A stretch of 64,000 nucleotides of DNA, taken from a virus. Lineage: Duplodnaviria; Heunggongvirae; Uroviricota; Caudoviricetes. Below the pieces are notes generated by a model. The model was given only the letters and a program-made list of their open reading frames with translations. It did no database searches and was not told the DNA's origin. The stretch's first letter is position 1, and each line of letters begins with the position of its first letter. This document shows positions 10,179 through 19,096 of the stretch, piece by piece. The position numbers and the translations under genes were made by a program. The DNA is taken from IMG/VR virus record IMGVR_UViG_3300026382_000001; one strand, given 5' to 3'.

Positions 10179-11051
10179 TTATAATAAATATTTATTCACG
10201 TTTGTTTTATCCCCATCGTAACTAGTACAAAAATTTTCATCACATATTACTTTTTTATTTACTGGTATATCGTGATTTTTAATATTTAAATTCTGTTTTA
10301 AATTATAAGAACATGAAAATATTATATCACCATTAATATTAATATCAAAAACATTTGGAGTACAGTTAAATTGTTTTTTATTGTACTTAGCATTTACAGC
10401 ATAATTTTTAGATATATACTTAAACATTTTTTCTTCTGAGATACCGCAGGAAAATATATCAAATAATACATCATTTTTAAATATGGGTATAAATCTATAT
10501 TTTATATCATTTTCATTTAGGAAATCTAAAATTAATTCAATTTTTTCTTTATGTTCTTTGGTTAATACATCATCTATATAAAAATTAATAAACATTTGTA
10601 TATTTTCTTCATTATAAGTTTTTAGATTAAAAAATAAAGAATCGAAATTTTTTAAAAAATTAAAGGGATGTACACTAATATTTAACATAGATTTTTTAAA
10701 TTTTTTTAATAATTTTAAATCCTTATAAATTAATCCATTTGATGTAATTGAAAAAATATCAACTACTCCAAGAATATGTAAATCTAACATATCTTCTATT
10801 TTTTCATTAAGTAATTCTTGACTTAATGTTAGAGGTTCGCCACCCAAGAAATCTATATATAATTCCTTATTTGGATATTTTTTTTTAATCTTCTTTAATC
10901 TATGTTTAAAAAAAGTCCAAACGGATTTAGAAATTAACTTTACAGTATTTAAATAAGATACATAACAATATGGGCAATTTAAATTACAAGTCGTCGTTGG
11001 TTCTATAGATACATAAACTTGTTTATTTTGTATATTCGAGCAACTCATCAT
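10179..11051 (-). CDS. Radical SAM protein
   Basis: CNLNCPYC, FLGGEP, TSNG, SVHP, 4-Cys tail. Confidence 0.93.
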   Translation of the reverse strand: MMSCSNIQNKQVYVSIEPTTTCNLNCPYCYVSYLNTVKLISKSVWTFFKHRLKKIKKKYPNKELYIDFLGGEPLTLSQELLNEKIEDMLDLHILGVVDIFSITSNGLIYKDLKLLKKFKKSMLNISVHPFNFLKNFDSLFFNLKTYNEENIQMFINFYIDDVLTKEHKEKIELILDFLNENDIKYRFIPIFKNDVLFDIFSCGISEEKMFKYISKNYAVNAKYNKKQFNCTPNVFDININGDIIFSCSYNLKQNLNIKNHDIPVNKKVICDENFCTSYDGDKTNVNKYLL

Positions 11052-11895
11052 TTTCCTTTAATTCTATATTTTCAAAATTATTATTTATATCCCACCAACG
11101 CCAATATAAACCAGTATCTCCATAATCTGGTCCACAATATTCTTCGAAATTAAAATCAAACAATATTTTTTTATTATAAAATTTACATTCCGCGATAAAT
11201 CTTGGACTACAATCGAATTGAAATTTGGTTTTCGTATATAAAAAAGAATTAAATTTTTCAAAAATATTTTCAACTGGAGCAGTTAAAACAAAATCTCCAA
11301 AATTATGTTTAGTTCCAGATACGTAAAGAATATTTTCATTATCCGTAATATTATCCAATTTTCTAAGATTTGTATTAATATATATTAATGTTTTGTTTTG
11401 TACTGAATTTCTAATGGTTTTAAAATATTTAAAATTTATTTTTTTAACGTAATTTATACAATTATTAAAATTATCGTAATCTTTATATATTCTTTTATCT
11501 TGTAATAAATATACCTTATCATTTTTTAAAATTTTTGAATAATCTGTGATTTTATTACATCTTAATAAAATCAATTTTTCAAATAATAAAACATATTTAT
11601 CCCAGTAATAATCATATAAACCATCTGTAAATATTAAAATATCACCTTTTATAATTTTTCTTTTAAAATTAAAAATAATATCTTTTTTATAATCATTTGG
11701 TAATATGTACTTATCTTCCCAAGCTTTATAAAAAATATTTTTAGGTGAGTTTTCTTGTATTAAAATATTTACCGAATATCCCAATTCATGAAATAATAAA
11801 TAATAATCCATTACCTCAAAGGTATGACCACATATTCTATTTCTTTCAAATTGGCTTGGACAATAAGTAAGAACTATTTTTTTACCAAAATTCAT
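11023..11895 (-). CDS. Putative GT-B-fold glycosyltransferase-like protein
   Basis: N-terminal ICGH loop; C-terminal FDCSPRFIAECKFYNKKI resembles the GT-B D/E-x7-E nucleotide-sugar helix. Confidence 0.4.
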   Translation of the reverse strand: MNFGKKIVLTYCPSQFERNRICGHTFEVMDYYLLFHELGYSVNILIQENSPKNIFYKAWEDKYILPNDYKKDIIFNFKRKIIKGDILIFTDGLYDYYWDKYVLLFEKLILLRCNKITDYSKILKNDKVYLLQDKRIYKDYDNFNNCINYVKKINFKYFKTIRNSVQNKTLIYINTNLRKLDNITDNENILYVSGTKHNFGDFVLTAPVENIFEKFNSFLYTKTKFQFDCSPRFIAECKFYNKKILFDFNFEEYCGPDYGDTGLYWRWWDINNNFENIELKENDELLEYTK

Positions 11896-11909
11896 TTTTT
11901 CCCTTTTAA

Positions 11910-12791
11910 TTATTTTTTTAAATTAATAAATCCAACTATATTTCTTAAGTCTGGAAAACATGGACATTCATTTAAAGTACATACTTTACTTTTTAAAATA
12001 CTTTTAAGACCTTTTTTAAAAAATATATCAAATGTAATACTAGTATTATTGCATTCATTTGTGATACCTTCTGGTCGTATACAAATATAATTCGCGTGGC
12101 AAAAAACTTTTTTAGGACTAATTTTATGTTTATTAAAATTAGTCCCATAAATAGATTCACTAATATTTTCAACCAAATCGGAATGAATTATATCAAACTG
12201 TATTTCGGGAATTAACGAAACAAGATAATTCTCATTATTTTTATTTATTTTAGAATAATTTTTATCTAGACTTTGTAAAAAATCGATATTGAATATATAA
12301 TTATTCTCTTTAAGGTACTGAAGCTTTATAGCAAAATTATCCAAACTTTTATTATTTCTTACAGCATTATTATGAATAGTAAATAAACTCCAAAATTCAT
12401 TAAAGTCTTGAAACTTTTTATAAAAGTATTCGTATTGTTTAATACTTCCAGTTAAATTAGATAAAAATTCTATTTTAACGCTTTCTTTTCTGTATGAAAA
12501 TACTTCAAATATATTATCTAAATACTTATAGTAATCTTTGGACTCGGTTAATTCCCCACCAAGTATAGATAACGAAATTATTTTAAAATTCTTTGTATCA
12601 GTATCTAATTTAATTAGGATATCTTTAAATTCATCTGGACTTAACTTAATCGAACTATTTAATTTAGAATATGTAAAACAATATTCACAACCAATACTAC
12701 AATTATAAAAAGGTATTAATTGAACATAAATACCCAAGTTATTATTAAATATTTTTGTATTTAATTCACTGGGTTTATTTTTAGATAACAT
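11910..12791 (-). CDS. Radical SAM protein
   Basis: CSIGCEYC, ILGGE, LSN, TIH, C-terminal C..C..CTLNECPC. Confidence 0.9.
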   Translation of the reverse strand: MLSKNKPSELNTKIFNNNLGIYVQLIPFYNCSIGCEYCFTYSKLNSSIKLSPDEFKDILIKLDTDTKNFKIISLSILGGELTESKDYYKYLDNIFEVFSYRKESVKIEFLSNLTGSIKQYEYFYKKFQDFNEFWSLFTIHNNAVRNNKSLDNFAIKLQYLKENNYIFNIDFLQSLDKNYSKINKNNENYLVSLIPEIQFDIIHSDLVENISESIYGTNFNKHKISPKKVFCHANYICIRPEGITNECNNTSITFDIFFKKGLKSILKSKVCTLNECPCFPDLRNIVGFINLKK

Positions 12792-13636
12792 TAAAATTCC
12801 TTTAGAAAATTTGTAAAGTTAATAGATCTTTTAAATATATTATCTATATAATTGACCTTAGTTCTAAAATTATCTTCTGTTAAATCACTCCAACAATAAG
12901 TATTTAAATTATTTAATTTTTTGAATAATCTATCATATCCATAATAATTTAAAGCTTCTAACATAGCTTTATTATCGTTGGCAATAGCTAAATTATTCAT
13001 AAGTAATAATTTTTTTTTGTAATAAATACATTCTAATAATGTATTTGAAACTGAATCATTATCTTCGTTATTTATTAAATAAGTTTCAAAATTATTAAAA
13101 AAATAATCTTGATCGGTACAAGAATCAAAACCTTCTATATTACCACCAAATACTAGAACATCTCGTTCGGAAATATCGTTATTTTTTAAATAGTTTAAAA
13201 GTACTTTTTTATCTTGGCATTCAGCCCGATTATATATACCATACTTATACTGTTTTGATTGATAGTTAACTATTGATAGTTTACTATCAATAGTTAACTC
13301 GTAAAAATAAGTTGGATAGAATTTCATATTATAATATTTACTGTAATAAAAACCATTTGAAAATATTTTATTATTATTTTTTAAAAATAAATATTTAGTC
13401 TTCTCGAAAAATATATTATCTTTTATTAATTCATGTTTAGATTTAGAATATGTAAATAAAAGATTTTTAAATATTTTAGCATCTGGTTGTCTATAAAAAT
13501 TAATATTGGGCGTTCTTTTGGATGGAGAAATATTCATAATGAATTGGTTATTATAGTTCCGTAAAATTTTGGCAGGAATAGTATTCGAACCTCTTTTACG
13601 AGATCCGAATCTATTTTCTTGAATTAAGTTAATCAT
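12791..13636 (-). CDS. Putative GT-B-fold glycosyltransferase-like protein
   Basis: GIYNR..., DSVSNTLLECIYYKKKL (D-x7-E), similar to the 11023..11895 C-terminus. Confidence 0.35.
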   Translation of the reverse strand: MINLIQENRFGSRKRGSNTIPAKILRNYNNQFIMNISPSKRTPNINFYRQPDAKIFKNLLFTYSKSKHELIKDNIFFEKTKYLFLKNNNKIFSNGFYYSKYYNMKFYPTYFYELTIDSKLSIVNYQSKQYKYGIYNRAECQDKKVLLNYLKNNDISERDVLVFGGNIEGFDSCTDQDYFFNNFETYLINNEDNDSVSNTLLECIYYKKKLLLMNNLAIANDNKAMLEALNYYGYDRLFKKLNNLNTYCWSDLTEDNFRTKVNYIDNIFKRSINFTNFLKEF

Positions 13637-13653
13637 TGTTAATCATTATAATT

Positions 13654-14268
13654 TTATAGAATTTTAGTAGGAATTATTTTTTCAGCTAATACCTCTAATT
13701 CTTCTTCATCAGCATAATCAATATCTTCTTTAGTTTGTATTAATTCGTTATTTAATTCTAAAAATGGTTTGAGTTCATCCTGTATACTTAAATACAATTC
13801 TAATTTTTCGATAGCGCTTTCGTCGTCTAATTCTAAAATTTCAATATATTTATCTTCTTTATTATCTTCAGTAATAAAAATTCCTTTAGCTGCAAAATAA
13901 TTAAATAAAGTAATATAATGAATATATGTTAAAAAGCTAATTTTTTGAATATTTAAGGCCAAATTATTATCCATATAATTATATAATTCTACTTTTTTTA
14001 ATTCTAGTTCTTCTGCTTCTAAAGTAGTGCCTTCGGGTAAATCTTCTTTAAGATATATAAAACTATCTTTAGTAATACTTTTTTTAAAAATATCTTCTTC
14101 TTTAATATATACTTTTCCATATTCATTAACCAAGGCATTGTACATATATTTTGTTGCATCGTCAATCATAGCATAATTTTCGAATAATTCTAAATCTTGA
14201 CCAGAGAATTGCATAATTTCAGAAATTACAAAATTTCCATTTATTTTATTTAGTAAAGCTACTTGCAT
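13654..14268 (-). CDS. Hypothetical acidic protein, directly downstream of the Cys-rich protein
   Basis: 204-aa ORF with AAGGA RBS. Confidence 0.7.
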   Translation of the reverse strand: MQVALLNKINGNFVISEIMQFSGQDLELFENYAMIDDATKYMYNALVNEYGKVYIKEEDIFKKSITKDSFIYLKEDLPEGTTLEAEELELKKVELYNYMDNNLALNIQKISFLTYIHYITLFNYFAAKGIFITEDNKEDKYIEILELDDESAIEKLELYLSIQDELKPFLELNNELIQTKEDIDYADEEELEVLAEKIIPTKIL

Positions 14269-14285
14269 TTATTTTCCTTTAATTT

Positions 14286-14864
14286 TTAATAATTTGCATT
14301 ACAGTTACATGTACATACTGTATTACATTTACATACACTTGGACAAGAGTTATGGTCATTTTGATTACATAATCTAGCAACTGCTTTTAATTTATTTTTT
14401 AATGTTGTCATACTTGCATTATCTATTAAATTACCGCGGGATCTATATGTTACGGAACCAGTTGTTGCAACAACATTATCTGCCCACCATTTCATAGTAT
14501 TATAATGATCATGGTCTACTAATTTACCCGGAGCAACTAAAGATGATATTGCCTCGATATCAGAAATGTTTCTTTCGCTAGCAATACTATGAATAATATC
14601 ATACATATCTTTAAAATGTTTATCATCTATTAATTCATTGTTTGGTGAAGTATGTCCAAATACTGTTTCCAAAGCACTTGCATAATTAGAACTACAAGTA
14701 TCTCTATACGAAGGACATGTACTAGCAACATCAGTATTAGAATTAGGAGGATTATTAGACGAGGTATTTCCATCTCCTCCGGTAGTATAAACTCTGGTAC
14801 CAGATGACCAAACTGTCGTATTAAATCGACAATTAATATTAGTTGTTTTGGTAGTACGAGACAC
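14286..14864 (-). CDS. Protein with Cys-rich C-terminus; candidate radical SAM substrate or virion fibre component
   Basis: GTG start with AAGGAG RBS; ends LCNQNDHNSCPSVCKCNTVCTCNCNANY (7 Cys); three internal repeats NELIDDKHF, GKLVDHDHY, GNLIDNASM. Confidence 0.65.
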   Translation of the reverse strand: MSRTTKTTNINCRFNTTVWSSGTRVYTTGGDGNTSSNNPPNSNTDVASTCPSYRDTCSSNYASALETVFGHTSPNNELIDDKHFKDMYDIIHSIASERNISDIEAISSLVAPGKLVDHDHYNTMKWWADNVVATTGSVTYRSRGNLIDNASMTTLKNKLKAVARLCNQNDHNSCPSVCKCNTVCTCNCNANY

Positions 14865-14875
14865 ATTTTCTCCTT

Positions 14876-16723
14876 TTATTTATTATTTATAATTTTATCA
14901 AATATGTATAAATATTTACTAATTTGATTGTTAATTTCACATGATAATGTTAAACCATGAGAGTACATATCTTTATAAAGATCATTAGTAGTACTAGTGT
15001 CTAAAGATCTATCTGGGGTTATATTTACCATTGGGCATTTAACACATGTAAGTGTTTTACATCCATCGCAATATGAATATTCTTTATCCGAATTAATAAC
15101 CTTTTCCAATTTTTCTTTTGTTTTAAAGAATTTTTGTTGAAAAGTATCTGAAGTTATATCACCGTATTTTAAACTATTTAATTGTTCTTTTTTATATGGA
15201 AATTTAACATTTGTATGTTCTTCTCCAAATTCAGTTCTATGACAATATCTTCCAATACCATCCTGATCAAGACCAAATAATTTACTTCCCGCAGAACATG
15301 TGGTATTATTAGCAGCATAACTCATTTCTCTAAACCATCTGGTAAAAGCTGGTTTGTTATTTATTAATCTATCCATTTCAAATTTTAATAAATATTTAAA
15401 AGTCTCGTCTAATTCGGTAAATAGTTTTTCTTTTGGTTTTGTATTTCCACACTTTTCCTGTTGTCTTAAATTATACATTAATATAGAGGTAGTATCGAAA
15501 GTTGGATAATAAGAAAAGTTATTTGGATTATTATTTTTTTTATTTATATCTTCTTCAAATGTTACATAATCCTGCACTGCGTCTGGAACACTACTAATAG
15601 CCTCCAATGGTAAAGTCGCTTTTAAGGATACCTTAATTCCATTATCTTCATTAAGTAAAGCTCTAATTTCTTTAGTAAGAGATTCTTTAGTTCCATTTTT
15701 TTTAGAATCTTTTCTATAATCATCTTGGATTCTTCCACCATCATAAGATATTTGAACTTTAATCTTATCTCTTGGAAAATCTGGATGGAAGAAACCAATA
15801 GTTCTTTTAGCAGAATAATTATTAGTAATTAAAATAATATATTTTAAATCTAATTCATCTTCTAATAATTTAGTTAATTTGTGAGTTACTTCCTGTGGTA
15901 CTAAAGTTGGTTCTCCACCAAGAATACTAAAAGACATTTTAGAAACAAGTCCTTTTTCTTCTAAAGTTCTGGCAAAATTTTTTATACCTTTGACAATATC
16001 TTCTACATCATCTATCGATAATATTTCGGTAACTTTATCAAGACCTTCATAACAATAAGTACATTTAAAATTACAATTTTTATTTATTTGAAATACTATA
16101 TGAAATGAATCTTCGTCATCATGATTTGTAGGATCTGGAGTATCGTCGTGAAAATAATGTTCTTTTTTTAAGATAATATCTTTTTCATTTAATTTTTTTT
16201 CATCTAGTGTTTTTCTATAGTAATTATTTAAATCGTTATATAAATTTTTTAAATTAATATCATTTTCTATTAATTCTTCGTAATGTCTAGCATATTCCAA
16301 TCTGTTGTGAGCTTCTTGATAAGTTTCCTGATATTTATATTGAATTATAGTAGTACTCAATTCTTTTACAAATTCGCCAATATCATTTATAAAATTACTA
16401 AAATCGTTTCCAGTAACTTCGGAAATATATTTTAAAAGAATTATCATTTCAAATAAATCATCATTTATTAATTTTAAAATTTTAATAGTTTGTTCATTAC
16501 GTTCTGGAGTTTCTTCAAAGTCTTCTAAGGTATCTAATAAAATATCCTTAGTTTTAATATCCGATTGACCTAAAATATTAAAGATATCTAATAAAATATT
16601 TAAATTATCCTCGTTAAATATAAAGGAAATTTCCTTTATATTTAACAATGAATTATTTATTAATTCATTTATTCTCGGTATAGCCTCTTCTGGATTAATA
16701 CTCATTTCTTCAAACTTTTCCAT
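14876..16723 (-). CDS. Radical SAM/SPASM-domain protein (peptide or protein maturase type) with about 200-aa N-terminal extension
   Basis: CNFKCTYC, ILGGEP, ITN, QISYDG; SPASM-like CSAG...DG..RYCHR...CDGC....CVKCP...C. Confidence 0.9.
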   Translation of the reverse strand: MEKFEEMSINPEEAIPRINELINNSLLNIKEISFIFNEDNLNILLDIFNILGQSDIKTKDILLDTLEDFEETPERNEQTIKILKLINDDLFEMIILLKYISEVTGNDFSNFINDIGEFVKELSTTIIQYKYQETYQEAHNRLEYARHYEELIENDINLKNLYNDLNNYYRKTLDEKKLNEKDIILKKEHYFHDDTPDPTNHDDEDSFHIVFQINKNCNFKCTYCYEGLDKVTEILSIDDVEDIVKGIKNFARTLEEKGLVSKMSFSILGGEPTLVPQEVTHKLTKLLEDELDLKYIILITNNYSAKRTIGFFHPDFPRDKIKVQISYDGGRIQDDYRKDSKKNGTKESLTKEIRALLNEDNGIKVSLKATLPLEAISSVPDAVQDYVTFEEDINKKNNNPNNFSYYPTFDTTSILMYNLRQQEKCGNTKPKEKLFTELDETFKYLLKFEMDRLINNKPAFTRWFREMSYAANNTTCSAGSKLFGLDQDGIGRYCHRTEFGEEHTNVKFPYKKEQLNSLKYGDITSDTFQQKFFKTKEKLEKVINSDKEYSYCDGCKTLTCVKCPMVNITPDRSLDTSTTNDLYKDMYSHGLTLSCEINNQISKYLYIFDKIINNK

Positions 16724-16761
16724 TTATTTAATCCTATTCTTTTTAAGTTTTATAAAAATAT

Positions 16762-18798
16762 CTATTTAACTTTACATAGAATTTTAAAATTTTCTAAAGA
16801 ACTTGGGTCGCTATTTTCCAATGCTACTCCAATTAAATCAATGGTATTTTTATAAGTGTATGTTCCTTCAGCAACGTTCGGATTATTATGACTAGGATAT
16901 AAATACATTCCTTTTTTAATAAGTCCTTCGCATTTAACAGGTACTCTACCATTTAAAGCAATATTAACATATTCTTGATTATTTTCGAAAGTGCTATTAA
17001 GTACAAAACCTGGATTAGTCGTTACAATACCACAGTATATATTACCTTTAGCATTCTCAGTAACTTCAAAATCTTCATTATCTTTAGATCTATTAAAATA
17101 TAAAATAGTCCCCGATTCATACATATAATCTTCATGATTTTCTTTTTTATAGTACTCGGCTAAATCGGCATACTTAGCCGTAGTAGCAGTACCTGTAAAA
17201 GTTCCAGCGTCTACTGTAACACCGCTTGCATTATCGAATGTTAGTGTATCTCCATCCCAATACATATTTCCATCATCGGTACTACAAGTAATTCTATTAG
17301 AGTGATGTAAATCTATTTCGGTATTACTATAACTAAGTACATCATTACCATTATATTGTAAAGTATTGGCATAAAATTTCCAAGCACCATCATCTCCCCA
17401 ATCTTCAAGATTAAAAGATTCTACAAATTGTAAACGATTATCCAAATATTTTATATTATCATCAGCATTGAAAACTCTAGCTTTCGCTTCGGCTGCTATA
17501 TTTCCAATTAATGCTAACTGAGCATACAAATCATTTACTCCAACCGCTAATTCATTATCTTTTAAAGTAAATGGTGAAATAATATTTGAATTGATTAAAG
17601 ATCGGAACTTAACAAACATTTCGTTAATTGTATCAGTATAATTTTCAAATCTTCTTTCTATTTGTAAATCTGTTCTAAGCATTAGATATTCACTGAAACC
17701 TTGACTAGATATTTTCTCAGCTTTATCGTACCAATCCACTGTTTTTAGATCTTGAAACATACTTGCTTTATTTTCTAAATCCGAATTAGTCTCTGATTTT
17801 AAAAAATCAGTTATGGTTCCATAGATTACGTCGTACATATCGTATAATGATTTAACAATAACTTTTATTTTATCATCAGTGTATTCGAATACTTGTTTGC
17901 TTTCATCAATACTTTCTTGTAATAAAGCGGTTAATTTATTTATTTGAGTTCTATTTAAATTTAACTGACTACCAATTACAGATACCTTTCTTTTAAGATT
18001 AGAAATATCAAAAGAATATTCATTAATAGTATCGTCATATTTAGTTAATATTTCCGAAATTTTAGTAGCTAATAGTTCGGCTTGAATTTCTAAATTATTT
18101 TTAGTAGGTAAGTTTTGATATTGATCACCTTCTACAAATTTAGCAAAAATACTAAACACAGTACTTTTTTTATTAGTGGCATCTATTAAATTTAAAATTA
18201 TTTCAACTTTATAAACTCTTCTATTTTCTATTAATTCTATATCATCTGGATCTAAAGAATCAAAATCAAAATTAGAATATAAGTTAATACCATTATTATT
18301 TAATCTAATTGTAATATTATCCATACCAGTACTTGGGATAGGATCAATATCGAAATAAGAAGCATTTGTACCAACTATAGTACAAAAGGTATTGTATACT
18401 AAATCTATTTTAGCAGTAAGCATATTTGGATAAAGATTATGTGTATACATATTATGTTCAAAATGATTTAAAACGTAAGGCGCATTGTCGATAATACGCT
18501 GTACTTTAATACTAATATTTTGTGATATGCTGGCATCAGTTTCCATATCAGTTGCTATAATAGTAAAATTAAGTTGTTGAATTTCTTTATTTATATCTTC
18601 TGGATAATCCGTATTAATAGCGTCTTTACCATCACCCGTTAAATAAACTTTATTTTCTTGAACAGAAAAATATTGATTATAACTAGATTCTAGCGAATAA
18701 GAAACCGAATTAACGTCAGTTTCCACTTCAGTTATTAACTGCCCATCTACTAAGTTTTCTTCTATTATATCATAAATTTTTATTTCCGTAAATTCCAT
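16762..18798 (-). CDS. Tail fibre/spike protein with C-terminal autocleaving chaperone (peptidase G2-like) domain
   Basis: Central coiled coil; AKYADLAEYY...GIVTTNPGFVLN...IALNGRVPVKC...IGVALE. Confidence 0.65.
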   Translation of the reverse strand: MEFTEIKIYDIIEENLVDGQLITEVETDVNSVSYSLESSYNQYFSVQENKVYLTGDGKDAINTDYPEDINKEIQQLNFTIIATDMETDASISQNISIKVQRIIDNAPYVLNHFEHNMYTHNLYPNMLTAKIDLVYNTFCTIVGTNASYFDIDPIPSTGMDNITIRLNNNGINLYSNFDFDSLDPDDIELIENRRVYKVEIILNLIDATNKKSTVFSIFAKFVEGDQYQNLPTKNNLEIQAELLATKISEILTKYDDTINEYSFDISNLKRKVSVIGSQLNLNRTQINKLTALLQESIDESKQVFEYTDDKIKVIVKSLYDMYDVIYGTITDFLKSETNSDLENKASMFQDLKTVDWYDKAEKISSQGFSEYLMLRTDLQIERRFENYTDTINEMFVKFRSLINSNIISPFTLKDNELAVGVNDLYAQLALIGNIAAEAKARVFNADDNIKYLDNRLQFVESFNLEDWGDDGAWKFYANTLQYNGNDVLSYSNTEIDLHHSNRITCSTDDGNMYWDGDTLTFDNASGVTVDAGTFTGTATTAKYADLAEYYKKENHEDYMYESGTILYFNRSKDNEDFEVTENAKGNIYCGIVTTNPGFVLNSTFENNQEYVNIALNGRVPVKCEGLIKKGMYLYPSHNNPNVAEGTYTYKNTIDLIGVALENSDPSSLENFKILCKVK

Positions 18799-18806
18799 AT
18801 TAACTC

Positions 18807-19079
18807 CTAAAGAGTTTCTATTATATTAACAATAACGTTTGTTTCATCTACGTCACTAATACAATATACACTTTCATCAACAATTACATCTAACATATAT
18901 CTAATTGTTGTATTTGGTTGGAGTTCTCCAACCCAAAGAACTATGCTATCCGTTCTAATAGTTACTAAAGCTGGTGAATCACCATCAGTATTCGAAACTA
19001 TAATACTGTTTATAAGTCCAGTAACATTACCGAAGTTTTTTTCTACTCCGGCAGTTAAGACTGAAGTCTTTTTTATCAT
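18807..19079 (-). CDS. Small beta-rich putative virion protein
   Basis: 90-aa ORF between structural genes, AAGGA RBS. Confidence 0.55.
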   Translation of the reverse strand: MIKKTSVLTAGVEKNFGNVTGLINSIIVSNTDGDSPALVTIRTDSIVLWVGELQPNTTIRYMLDVIVDESVYCISDVDETNVIVNIIETL

Positions 19080-19096
19080 TTTTTATCCTTTAATTT

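Noticed and set aside
802-12791. Naming the small radical SAM proteins as QueE, NrdG, MoaA or viperin
   Set aside because: Family-specific motifs and partner genes are not evident, so a specific name cannot be supported without searches.
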